IMG/VR virus record: IMGVR_UViG_3300028800_000071
Span: 1 to 64,000 of that record
DNA length: 64,000 nucleotides
Reading direction: 5' to 3' (one strand)
Source of the DNA: a virus
Part shown: positions 45,060 through 54,164 of the stretch, piece by piece
Layout of the letters: every line of letters starts with the position of its first letter
Position numbering within the stretch: the first letter of the stretch is position 1
Program-made: the position numbers and the translations under genes
The notes under the pieces: model-generated
Told to the model about the DNA's origin: nothing
Databases searched by the model: none
Seen by the model: only the letters and a program-made list of their open reading frames with translations

Positions 45060-45991
45060 AAAAACTGCTCGGTGCAGTTCTGCTCACGGCGCTCGCGCTC
45101 GCAGGCTGCTCTCACGGAACAACGCATCACCCGGGCCTCGCGCCGGGAAAGATGCGTGCGCACAGTTCGCTCGTTCACAAGGTTGACCTTAAGGCCGGCA
45201 AGCCGCAAGAGCACGCCGTAATCGATCTGCGCAAACACCAGCCGACGGTATTCCTCGGTAGCGGCGTCAACTTCGGCCATATCATGGCCTATCACTATCG
45301 TCACCATCGTCTGATCGGCGTTCACGATCTCGGGTTCGGGACCGTGACGAACGTCGGCGTAATGGCCATGGCCAACGACTTTGCGTGGGCCGGCCCGTCG
45401 GGTGCGCCGATCAATACGCTCGCGCTCTGCAAGTTCATGGCGACAGGTACGGGCACAACCGCCTCGGCCTCAACGGATATCGCGTTGCAGACCGCCGACG
45501 GTGTTGCCTCAGTCACCGGCACGCAGTCGCTCGTGAGCGCGGCCAACTCCCAAGCCTATAAGGTCGTCGGAACCCAAAACTATACGGGCACCGAGGCCGT
45601 CACGGAATGGGGACTCTTTGCGAACGGCACGCTTTCGGCGAGCACAGGCACGCCGTTTACCGCCGGATCGGCGACGAGCGGAACCGTAACAGGCACACCG
45701 CTTACGGCATCGTCGACGACGGCTCAAGGCGAGCAACAGTTCATCTTCCAAGATACGACCAAATCGCCGAAGATCTACGGCTTGGTGACGAGCAACACCA
45801 CGTCGGTCGTGACCGTTCCGGCGTGGTACAAATCCACCGACGGCACCGCTGCCGGCACAACGCCGGCCAACGCCGATGCGTTGACGATTCTCCCGGTGAT
45901 GCTCGACCATATCGTCTTTTCGGCGATCAACGTCATCAATGGCGACTCGATTCAGTTTACGTTCACGTTGACGTTGCCTTCGGGCTCGTAA
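45056..45991 (+). CDS. virion-type beta protein with lipoprotein signal peptide
   Basis: MKKLLGAVLLTALALAG|C; body VTNVG..ATGTGTT..DIALQ..VTEWGLF..FSAINVINGDSIQFT resembles phage minor tail proteins. Confidence 0.7.
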   Translation: MKKLLGAVLLTALALAGCSHGTTHHPGLAPGKMRAHSSLVHKVDLKAGKPQEHAVIDLRKHQPTVFLGSGVNFGHIMAYHYRHHRLIGVHDLGFGTVTNVGVMAMANDFAWAGPSGAPINTLALCKFMATGTGTTASASTDIALQTADGVASVTGTQSLVSAANSQAYKVVGTQNYTGTEAVTEWGLFANGTLSASTGTPFTAGSATSGTVTGTPLTASSTTAQGEQQFIFQDTTKSPKIYGLVTSNTTSVVTVPAWYKSTDGTAAGTTPANADALTILPVMLDHIVFSAINVINGDSIQFTFTLTLPSGS

Positions 45992-46015
45992 GTAACTCGC
46001 ACGGGAGTCTAGCCG

Positions 46016-49000
46016 ATGGCGATCTCGTTCGTCCAAGCCGCTCAAGGCGCGGGGTTCGGCGTCGTTCTCGGTGCGGCTCCCGTGAAAGGCAACCTCTTAC
46101 TCGCCGTTGCGGTCAATAACGGCTCGACGCCGACAGCCAATACGGGCTGGACGAGCATCGACACCCTCAACCTCACGCAAGACGGCATTTCGCTCTATAA
46201 GATCGCTGGTGCGGCCGAACTCTCGACGCAGACGCCGATCGCCGGCACGTCGAGCAACGTTTCGGTCTACGAGTTCCACGCCGATCGCGGCTTTGCGGCC
46301 AATCCGGTCGATGACCATTCCGTGCGCCAAGGCGCACCGGCTACGCCGCCGACGTGCGTTTCTAACGGCGTAAACCCGACCAAGCCGATCAACGGAATGC
46401 TGGCGGTGTTTTACTCTACGTCGAGCGCCGATACGGCGCCGACGGCTGTTTCGGGCATGACCGTGCAACTCACGTTGAGCGGCGGCGCGACCGGCAACGG
46501 CGTCGGCTGTTATCAGATCGGCGTCAACGGCGAACACGTCACAAAAACAGCGACGTGGACCGGCTCAACGAGCGCATCATCGTGCGCCTTTATCATCGTC
46601 TTTTACGAGCAGACGGAAGTCACGCTCGTGCAAGCCGCGACGGCCGTCGGCACCGGCGTCACGTTCGGATCTGCGCCGACGCAAGGCAATCTGCTCGTCG
46701 CCGTCTGCTTCAATAGCGGCACGCCGGCGCTCGGCACAGGCTGGACGAATATCGACAATCAGGCGAGTTCGCCCAATAGTCGATCTATGTATAAGATCGC
46801 CGGGGCCGGCGAATCGACGACACAAAGTCCGACAAGTACGGCGACGAGTACGCTCATGGTCGCCGAGTTCAACGCCGTGAGCGGACCATTTACGGCAGCG
46901 AATCTCGACGTACATGGCGTGACGCGCGTTGCGACGGCAAATCCACCGAGCGTCACGTCCGGTGCTCTTACGCCATCGAAGGTCAACGACTTCGCCATCG
47001 TTGTCGCGTGCGATGCCGGTACGGCCGACGCTGCGCCGACGGCGATCACCGGCATGGTCACGCTCGTTGATATGCCAGGCACCGGCGGCAACGTCGGTAT
47101 CGGCTTTGCGGCGTGGACGGTCAATACGGGCACGGGTTCGTTTACGAAAACCGTCACGTGGGGTAGCGGCACAACGTCGGCGAGCGCCGTTCACGTCATG
47201 ATCTTTACGGTGCCGGGCTATACTTCAACGCCGTCGGGATCTGTGACGGGCGCGGGGGCCGCCAATCGCGCCGATAAGGCGGTGCGCACCGGCAGCATCA
47301 CGGGAGCCAGCGCGCTCTCGCGGGCGATCGCTCATGGTCTGACGGCCTCGATCACGGCCGTGAGCTCCGCGCTCCGATTCGTCGCAAAGATATTGCCCGG
47401 CGCGTCGATGACGCCGACCGGCACGGCGACAAAGCAGGCGCAACTGCCGGTTGCAGGCAGCGTCACGGGTGCAAGCTCGTTCGTGCGCGCAACCTTTGCA
47501 CAACTCGCTGGAAGCGAAACGCCGGCCGGAACGTTCGTGCGTTTCATTCAGCGCGTGCTCACGACGGGCTCGATCACGGGTGCCGGCGCCGCTTCAAAGC
47601 AGACGCAGGTGCCGGTGGCCGGGTCCGTCACGGGCTCGACTTCGATGCTGCACGCCATCGGCGCGCTACTCAGCGGCAGCGTCACGGGCGCGACCGGATT
47701 CGTTCGCTCGACGTTCCGTAAACTCACCGGCAGCGAGACCCCCGCCGGCGCGGCTACGCGTGCGATCGCGCGCGCCTTTACTGCGGCGAGCATCACGGCA
47801 AGCTCGGCTCTGGCCACCGGCAAAGCCTTCGTGCGATCCTTGACGAGTTCGATCACGGGCACGACCGGCTTCGTTCGCTCGACGTTCCGCAAGCTCACCG
47901 GCAGCGAAACGCCAGCCGGCGCGGCTGCGCGTGCGATCGCGCGCGCGTTCACGGCAGCGAGCATTACAGCCACGTCGGCGCTGGCCACCAGCAAGTCTTT
48001 CCTCCGATCATTCACGGGTTCGATCACGGGCTCGAGTTCGATGCTACACGCCATCGGTGCGCTTCTCAGCGGCAGCGTCACGGGCACGAGCTCGATGAAC
48101 CGCTCGATCGGCGCGAAGCTCACCGGAAGCATCACGGATGCCGGGACGTTCATCCGATCGACCGTCGCGAAACTTACGGGCAGCGAAACTCCCGCCGGTG
48201 TCGTCGCGCGCGCGATCGCCCGCACCTTCGCCGCGGCGAGCATCACGGCGAGCTCGGCTCTGGCCACCGGCAAGGCGTTCGTTCGATCGTTCACCGGCTC
48301 GATCACCCCGGCCGGCTCGATCAATCGGTTCACGACGGCGCTGATCTCGGGCAGCGAGGCCGCTACGTCGTCGCTCAACCGCTTCACGGCGCGTCTTGAG
48401 GCCGGGAGCATTACCGGGGCCGGCACGGCTCACAAATCGACCGGAACGGTCGAAAGCGGCAGCATCACGGATGCCGGGGCGATCGGCAAGCAGACGAAGG
48501 TGCCCGTGGCGGGCAGCGTCACGAGCTCGGGAACGCTCAGGCGCTCGATCTTCGCCTTGCTCGCGGCCAGCATCACGGCGGCCAGCGCGATCCGGCGCGC
48601 GTCGACCAGGGCGCTCGTCGCCCAGGTTACGCCGCAGGGCGGGCTCGCCCGGGCGATCGGCGCGGCGCTCGCGAGTGCCAGCATTACGGCACAGTCGCTG
48701 CTTACGTCCAATCGTGCCATCATCCGCAACTTCACGGCGTCGATCGCGCCGAGCGGGACGATCGGCAAAGCCGTCAGCGCGCTACTGAGCGGCAACGTGG
48801 CGCCGGCGACACACCTCCTTCGCTCGACGGTCGTACAGTTCGGCGGCCAGATCACCGCAACGGCCGGCATCGTCCGTACGACGGTGCTCAATATCGCCGG
48901 CAGCATCGCGGCCGCTGGCACCATTGCTCGTGGCCGTATCAAGAACTTCACCGGCTCAATCACCGGGCAAGGCGTGCTCGCCGACCGCAAGGCGATCAAC

Positions 49001-49300
49001 GTCATCTTCAACGCCGTGCTTGCGCCGCAGGGCACGATACGTCGGTCGATCCGCAAGGCGTTCGCGGCCGTCATTGCGGCCGTCGGGTCGCTTCGCAATC
49101 TGTTCTATCACGCGCCGCCGGCCATCGTGCTCGATATTGCGATCATCGCGCCGACGGAGATCAGCGCCTCGATTCTCGCGCCGACGGTGATCGGCGCACC
49201 GATTCTCGCGCCGACGACAATCAGCGCACCGATTCTCGCGCCGACGATGCTTGAGCTCGATATTCCCGGCGCCATCATTCTGTCGGTTTCGGGGGACTAA
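46016..49300 (+). CDS. 1094-aa repetitive fibre-like structural protein
   Basis: Two tandem N-terminal domains (VQAA..FG..P..GNLL..GWT.ID..YKIAGA), many approximately 19-aa GS[IV]T repeats, C-terminal I[IL]APT x4. Confidence 0.75.
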   Translation: MAISFVQAAQGAGFGVVLGAAPVKGNLLLAVAVNNGSTPTANTGWTSIDTLNLTQDGISLYKIAGAAELSTQTPIAGTSSNVSVYEFHADRGFAANPVDDHSVRQGAPATPPTCVSNGVNPTKPINGMLAVFYSTSSADTAPTAVSGMTVQLTLSGGATGNGVGCYQIGVNGEHVTKTATWTGSTSASSCAFIIVFYEQTEVTLVQAATAVGTGVTFGSAPTQGNLLVAVCFNSGTPALGTGWTNIDNQASSPNSRSMYKIAGAGESTTQSPTSTATSTLMVAEFNAVSGPFTAANLDVHGVTRVATANPPSVTSGALTPSKVNDFAIVVACDAGTADAAPTAITGMVTLVDMPGTGGNVGIGFAAWTVNTGTGSFTKTVTWGSGTTSASAVHVMIFTVPGYTSTPSGSVTGAGAANRADKAVRTGSITGASALSRAIAHGLTASITAVSSALRFVAKILPGASMTPTGTATKQAQLPVAGSVTGASSFVRATFAQLAGSETPAGTFVRFIQRVLTTGSITGAGAASKQTQVPVAGSVTGSTSMLHAIGALLSGSVTGATGFVRSTFRKLTGSETPAGAATRAIARAFTAASITASSALATGKAFVRSLTSSITGTTGFVRSTFRKLTGSETPAGAAARAIARAFTAASITATSALATSKSFLRSFTGSITGSSSMLHAIGALLSGSVTGTSSMNRSIGAKLTGSITDAGTFIRSTVAKLTGSETPAGVVARAIARTFAAASITASSALATGKAFVRSFTGSITPAGSINRFTTALISGSEAATSSLNRFTARLEAGSITGAGTAHKSTGTVESGSITDAGAIGKQTKVPVAGSVTSSGTLRRSIFALLAASITAASAIRRASTRALVAQVTPQGGLARAIGAALASASITAQSLLTSNRAIIRNFTASIAPSGTIGKAVSALLSGNVAPATHLLRSTVVQFGGQITATAGIVRTTVLNIAGSIAAAGTIARGRIKNFTGSITGQGVLADRKAINVIFNAVLAPQGTIRRSIRKAFAAVIAAVGSLRNLFYHAPPAIVLDIAIIAPTEISASILAPTVIGAPILAPTTISAPILAPTMLELDIPGAIILSVSGD

Positions 49301-49633
49301 ATGAATAGCGACCAGCAGCCGGTCATCATTCCGCAAAAGACGATCGGCCGAACGATCAAAGTCAATACCAACGGCGAAGGCTACGTAATCACTTCGGGCC
49401 TCACGGCCGTCCTGATCTTCCGCCAAGTGAGCGGCACGGGCGTTCGCAACGAAAAACAACTCACGTGCGCGATCGCCGCCGACGGCCTGTCGGTATCCTA
49501 TACGACGGTCGGCGGCGAGTTCGACGCGATCCCCGGTCTGTGCGATGCGCAGGTCAAAGTCTTTGCCTCTGGCGTGCTCGACTACAGCTACGTCATGCCA
49601 CGCCTCGTCAACATTCAGCCGCCTTTAGGATGA
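49301..49633 (+). CDS. BppU-N-like small structural protein
   Basis: DG.SVSYTT..GEFD..PG..DAQVKV pattern. Confidence 0.55.
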   Translation: MNSDQQPVIIPQKTIGRTIKVNTNGEGYVITSGLTAVLIFRQVSGTGVRNEKQLTCAIAADGLSVSYTTVGGEFDAIPGLCDAQVKVFASGVLDYSYVMPRLVNIQPPLG

Positions 49634-49941
49634 ACACTATGGCGATCAAGTTTTCGAACCCATGGATGGCGGCGCTCTACGCGGCGCTCTATTCGTGCTT
49701 CATTAGTGCGTTCACGATCGTCTCGACGGCCGTCGGCGTCGGCTTGACGCTCGGCCCCAAAAACGGCGGCTTCGACGATCTGACGACCTTCATTACGTTT
49801 ATGAGCCACGCATGGTTCGGCTGCGTACTCGGCTTCGTCTTTCAGGTCGGGCCGTACGTGCGCGCCAAGCAAGGCTTTACGGCCTCGAAGAACGGCGGCG
49901 CAACAGCTCCCCCGCCGGAACAAAACCAGCCAGACAAATAG
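49630..49941 (+). CDS. two-TM membrane protein, holin candidate
   Basis: Two hydrophobic segments; dual Met start (MNTM). Confidence 0.5.
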   Translation: MNTMAIKFSNPWMAALYAALYSCFISAFTIVSTAVGVGLTLGPKNGGFDDLTTFITFMSHAWFGCVLGFVFQVGPYVRAKQGFTASKNGGATAPPPEQNQPDK

Positions 49942-50003
49942 GAAGCCGCCGTCGAGCGGCCAATCTCCTCCCCCACACCCTCGAAAACGTTAGGAGAACA
50001 AAG

Positions 50004-50306
50004 ATGGATCTTCAAGATATCCTCAAGCCGCTCGAAAAGGAAATGATCGAAGCGGTCGCCGCGGGTCTCGATAACGAAAAGACCGCGATCGAGCAAGTCA
50101 CCGGACCGGCGGTTTTGGTCGTCGTCAACGGTGCCGTCAAGGTCGCCGATGGCGTGTTTGCGCAGTTCCCGTGGGGCACCGGCGCGATCGTCGATGCCGC
50201 GCTGCATAAGTACGTGCAGCAATACGAAGGCGATATCAGCAAGTACGAAGGCGCCGGGATCGACGATCTCGTGCAGCTGCTCGAAAACGCCGCAGCGAAA
50301 CTCTAA
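50004..50306 (+). CDS. hypothetical protein
   Basis: AGGAGA RBS. Confidence 0.7.
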   Translation: MDLQDILKPLEKEMIEAVAAGLDNEKTAIEQVTGPAVLVVVNGAVKVADGVFAQFPWGTGAIVDAALHKYVQQYEGDISKYEGAGIDDLVQLLENAAAKL

Positions 50307-50327
50307 CCCCTATCGCACGTTGCAACG

Positions 50328-50367
50328 AAGCACCCTCGCCGTAATGGCGGGGGTGCTTTTTTCTTTT
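50328..50367 (+). terminator. intrinsic terminator ending the late operon
   Basis: AAGCACCCTCGCC-GTAAT-GGCGGGGGTGCTT followed by TTTTCTTTT. Confidence 0.85.
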
Positions 50368-50380
50368 GTCCCGAGGAGGC

Positions 50381-50548
50381 ATGAAGAAGCGAACAGATGA
50401 CGACGACGATCTCGTCGAATACGATCCCCCCGAGCCAGAGCCCGAGCGAGAGCGCGTCAAGCTGCCGCCGCTCAAACCCGTCGATCAACTCGAACGAACG
50501 CGTCTGCGGCCGGCGCCGACGCACGTGACGCACAAGATTCCAAAATGA
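50381..50548 (+). CDS. small hypothetical protein
   Basis: GAGGAGG RBS. Confidence 0.55.
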   Translation: MKKRTDDDDDLVEYDPPEPEPERERVKLPPLKPVDQLERTRLRPAPTHVTHKIPK

Positions 50549-50567
50549 AAGGACGGCATCTAACGCC

Positions 50568-51140
50568 ATGACAACCGCAAAGCGGACCCTCAACGGTCTG
50601 CGCATCGAAACCAAGAACCTTGCCGATCTCAAGGCGGCGCCCTACAACCCGCGCACGATCTCGCAAGAAGCGCTCAACGGGCTTGCGAAAAGCCTCGAAC
50701 GATTCGGCATCGTCGAACCGATCATCTTCAACGAACGTACCGGGCACGTCGTCGGCGGCCACCAGCGGCTCAAGGTCCTGGAGCATCAAAAGAAGCAGCA
50801 GACCGACGTGATCGTCGTCGATCTTGAGCTCAAGGAAGAAAAGGCGCTCAACGTCGCGCTCAACAGCGAGCATATTCAGGGCGAGTTCGACGACGAAAAA
50901 CTCGAGGCGCTGCTCAAAGAGATTCACGTGAGCGACAAAGAGCTATTCGACGGCCTGCGCTTCGAGGAGTTCGGCTTCAACATTGAAGCGCCGAATATCG
51001 ACGACGTGGTAGGCACGCCGAACATGGCCTTCGCCTCGAAGTTCGAGTGTATCGTCACGTGCAAAGACGAAGCCGAGCAGCGCGATCTCTACGAACGCCT
51101 GCAAGCCGAGGGCTACAAGGTCAAGGTTCTGCAACTGTGA
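50568..51140 (+). CDS. ParB/Sulfiredoxin N-terminal domain protein
   Basis: LKAAPYNPR, SLERFGIVEPII.N, VVGGHQRL, EKALNVALN. Confidence 0.88.
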   Translation: MTTAKRTLNGLRIETKNLADLKAAPYNPRTISQEALNGLAKSLERFGIVEPIIFNERTGHVVGGHQRLKVLEHQKKQQTDVIVVDLELKEEKALNVALNSEHIQGEFDDEKLEALLKEIHVSDKELFDGLRFEEFGFNIEAPNIDDVVGTPNMAFASKFECIVTCKDEAEQRDLYERLQAEGYKVKVLQL

Positions 51141-52360
51141 TCGTCGAGCTCGAACTCAAATCGCCCGTATCGGATACGTTTCGCGTGCAGACGCTCGCGT
51201 CGCGCATGGATTACGAGCCTTCGGAGAGCACGACGTTTCGGCTCACGGCCGAGCTCCCGTCGCTCGACGAGAAGTGGAACGTCGGCCTGATCGTCGGACC
51301 GTCGGGCAGCGGCAAGACGCGGCTGCTCGAAAAGGCCTACCCGTCGTTCACAGACGCCGCCAAGTATCATTGGAAAGCCAAGTCGTTCATCGACGATCTG
51401 GCCGAGAAGGCGAGCGTCGAACAGATCTCGCTCGCGCTCACGTCAGCCGGCTTATCGTCCGTGCCGACGTGGATGCTGCCGTATCATCGCCTTTCCAACG
51501 GTCAACAGCAACGCGCTGCGATGACGCGCGCTCTGCTCGAAACCGATGAGATCGCCTTTGACGAGTTTTCGTCGATGCTCGATCGTGTGGTTGCTCGTAC
51601 GACGGCGATGGCCGTCGCGAAAACGATCCGTCGTGCCAACAAGCGGCTCGTTGTCGCCACCTGTCACTATGATATCGCTGAGTGGTTGGAAGCCGATTGG
51701 GTTTTCGATACTGCGACGGCGACGTTGGCAAGGGGGAAACTTCAGCGACCAAAGCTCGACATTACAGTCCATCCTGCACCGCGTTCTCTCTGGCCCCTCT
51801 TTGCGCCGTATCATTATATGAATCCGCGCCAAGCGCCGGCGGCGCGCTGCTTCATCGCCACGCTCAACGTCAAAGGCGAGGAGGCGATCTGCGGGTGGGT
51901 CAGCTTCGTGCCGGTGGCCGGCTACAAACACTATTGGCGCGGCCATCGCGCCGTGGTGCTGCCCGACTTTCAGGGGATCGGGATCGGCGCGCGGTTTCCG
52001 AGCGCGTGCTTCGATATTCTGAGCAAGGAAGATCCCAAGCGTCGTATCAGTACGATCACGGGTTCGATCGCGCTCAACGTTGCGAAGCAGCGGCAGAAGT
52101 GGTGGATTCTCACGCGCGCCCCGTCACGCATCACGGGTCGTGACGTGGGGACGTTGAAAGCGACGGCGCACCGATCGTTCGAACGTTTGACGACGACGTG
52201 GGTATTCGACGCGCCGAAGTACGACGCGAAAGCGAACGGCGAAGTGCCGCTTGATTACGACGCGTCTGCGTCTGATCAGACGAAGCGCGAAAGCGCGAAA
52301 GCGCAGACGCGAGGGCGCGTCAAGGGGGCGTCTGTGACGCGTTCAAAAGACGACGGGTGA
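51137..52360 (+). CDS. ABC-type ATPase fused to GNAT (Mom-like) acyltransferase
   Basis: Walker A GPSGSGKT, signature LSNGQ, Walker B IAFDEF, ATCH; then FAPYHYM and the acetyl-CoA motif VVLPDFQGIGIG. Confidence 0.88.
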   Translation: MIVELELKSPVSDTFRVQTLASRMDYEPSESTTFRLTAELPSLDEKWNVGLIVGPSGSGKTRLLEKAYPSFTDAAKYHWKAKSFIDDLAEKASVEQISLALTSAGLSSVPTWMLPYHRLSNGQQQRAAMTRALLETDEIAFDEFSSMLDRVVARTTAMAVAKTIRRANKRLVVATCHYDIAEWLEADWVFDTATATLARGKLQRPKLDITVHPAPRSLWPLFAPYHYMNPRQAPAARCFIATLNVKGEEAICGWVSFVPVAGYKHYWRGHRAVVLPDFQGIGIGARFPSACFDILSKEDPKRRISTITGSIALNVAKQRQKWWILTRAPSRITGRDVGTLKATAHRSFERLTTTWVFDAPKYDAKANGEVPLDYDASASDQTKRESAKAQTRGRVKGASVTRSKDDG

Positions 52361-52694
52361 CGTATCAGACGCGGGGGCGCGTTCAGACGCGTCAGGGGGC
52401 AGGGAAACGTCATATCCCGTCAGTCTTTCAGACGCGTTCAGAACGCGTCAGATCAGCATCGAACACCTGTTCGATACTTTCACGAATGGCAGCTTGCCCT
52501 GGTGGGCGGGCAAGCGTCGTTTTAAGCGTTTCCCTGCGTCCCTAGACCCCCCTAGCCCCCCGCAGCAGTATCAGACGCAGACGATTCTCAGACGCAGCAG
52601 GGGGCAGGGAAAGCGAGCCCCACGCGATTCTGTACGAAGCGCGTCTGAGAAGCGTCGGGGGGCGACGTTCAGATGTTCAGACGCGTCTGATCAG
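52259..52694. repeat. cluster of TCAGACGC-type repeats in both orientations
   Basis: Copies at 52365, 52383, 52428, 52571, 52588, 52641 (reverse); palindromes at 52269-52282 and 52677-52690; CAGGGGGCAGGGAAA twice. Confidence 0.8.
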
Positions 52695-52746
52695 TACGTT
52701 CGGAAAGTGCTCACTTTTGGAACGCCGCGCGGCAGATCGCCGGATG

Positions 52747-52789
52747 CAAAAAAGAAAAGAGGGTCGCCTGATCGGCGGCCCTCTTTTTC
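52747..52789. terminator. bidirectional intrinsic terminator
   Basis: A-tract, AAAAGAGGGTCGCC-TGATC-GGCGGCCCTCTTTT, T-tract, at the convergence of + and - genes. Confidence 0.85.
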
Positions 52790-52790
52790 G

Positions 52791-53198
52791 TTATCCGACG
52801 AGCGCGCTTATTCGCCGTCGAACGTGATCGGGTGGCGTCCACAGTCCTTGACGCCCGCTGGTTTTGATCGGCTCGATGCGTCGAACGTTGCGCAGCATCC
52901 AGCAGTAGGGTCCCGCTGCCCATGGCGGCAGATCGTCACCGAACTCGCGAACGTGAATCACGTCGACGAGCTCGGCGATCGCGACGATGCTGCTTCGCTG
53001 CGCCATCGCCTCGGCGCGCAGGCGATCGGACAGACGCCCGACGTTCGCCTCAACGGCGGCGAGATCGTCGAACGCTTTGCTGCCGGCGTGAATCAAGATC
53101 GTGCCGCGATACGGGGTCGGCCATGTACGATTCTCGATTCGTTTCCCGGCGTGCGTGATCGCCCACGCCCACGGCTGCCGCAGCGTGAGTGCTCTCAA
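52791..53198 (-). CDS. ASCH domain protein
   Basis: MRALTLRQPWA...GKRIENRTW...RGTILIHAG...GRQGLW. Confidence 0.9.
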   Translation of the reverse strand: MRALTLRQPWAWAITHAGKRIENRTWPTPYRGTILIHAGSKAFDDLAAVEANVGRLSDRLRAEAMAQRSSIVAIAELVDVIHVREFGDDLPPWAAGPYCWMLRNVRRIEPIKTSGRQGLWTPPDHVRRRISALVG

Positions 53199-53461
53199 CC
53201 TTGCCTCTCTTTCCGATGCGCGCGATTGCGCCGTTGTGCCTGGCGCCGGCGATGCACGGCGTCCACGTACAGCGGTTCCTTGCCGCGTGATCTGGCATCC
53301 TGAACGACCCTAGTCGGGATTCGCTCGCCGCAGTTGCAGCCGCAGAGCGGATTCGCTTTGCATCCCGGGCAGTAGTCCTCCGTATGCCAGCCGTGATCGG
53401 GGCATTTGTCTGCGCCGCAGACGCAGGTCGTGCCCTGATCTTTTTTGTGGCGATGATTCAT
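53195..53461 (-). CDS. Cys-rich hypothetical protein
   Basis: CVCG..C..HG...CPGC...CGCNCG; ATGA overlaps. Confidence 0.65.
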   Translation of the reverse strand: MNHRHKKDQGTTCVCGADKCPDHGWHTEDYCPGCKANPLCGCNCGERIPTRVVQDARSRGKEPLYVDAVHRRRQAQRRNRAHRKERQG

Positions 53462-53706
53462 TCGTCGCCGTCCTCGTCCGTGACTTCTTCGATATCGTCG
53501 GCGAGCTTGTATTCGCTCTCGACGACGGGTCCGAAGAATACGGTGATATGCCCGACCCGTTCGTCGTCAACTTCGACTTCGACGTGCTCGGGTAGAACGG
53601 CGCTGAGAATCTCGGCGGCCGACGCTTCATCTTCCGCCTTGATCTCGGCGCAGAACCCGATTGGTCCGGTGCTGCTATTGCCGCAGCTGAAATGTACCAC
53701 TTTCAT
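53458..53706 (-). CDS. acidic hypothetical protein
   Basis: Starts MKVVHFSCGNS; ATGA overlap. Confidence 0.65.
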   Translation of the reverse strand: MKVVHFSCGNSSTGPIGFCAEIKAEDEASAAEILSAVLPEHVEVEVDDERVGHITVFFGPVVESEYKLADDIEEVTDEDGDE

Positions 53707-54164
53707 TTGATGCCGTATCCTTTCAGCGCTTCGCCGATTTTGATGCCGAGGTTCTGTGCGTACCCAACCGAATCGCGGCATTCGGGCGCGTCGGTGTAGA
53801 TATCGTCGTGCGTCGTCGCCATCAGCGATCTCACGACTTCAAGGAACGAGCGCTTTACCGGCACGTCATCGCGCTCGATGTCGGCGGCGAGGTCGTTGCG
53901 AAGCGATTCAAGAACCGAGCGCGATACCATCATGCAGTTGAACTTGCCGGGGTCCGGCTCGCCGCGCAGCATTTGCCGAACGCGATGCAGATCGTCGATC
54001 AACGTATCGAGGCGATCATCGACTTGGCCGGCTTCCGGCTCGCGATTTTCGCCGTCGAGGCATTCGATGCGAATCGCCTCGAACAGCGGACTGTCGGGAT
54101 CGTGAAAGCCCTCGCTCATCGTTTCCCAGGCTTTCTCGAATTGTTTGGCGGTGATTCTCGGCAT
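53703..54164 (-). CDS. hypothetical protein
   Basis: GGAGA RBS; TAATG coupling. Confidence 0.7.
   Translation of the reverse strand: MPRITAKQFEKAWETMSEGFHDPDSPLFEAIRIECLDGENREPEAGQVDDRLDTLIDDLHRVRQMLRGEPDPGKFNCMMVSRSVLESLRNDLAADIERDDVPVKRSFLEVVRSLMATTHDDIYTDAPECRDSVGYAQNLGIKIGEALKGYGIK

Noticed and set aside
50568-51140. Plasmid-prophage partition system
   Set aside because: No ParA and no HTH; only the ParB/Srx N-terminal domain, coupled to a modification enzyme
51137-52360. ABC transporter
   Set aside because: No permease or binding protein; the ATPase is fused to a GNAT domain
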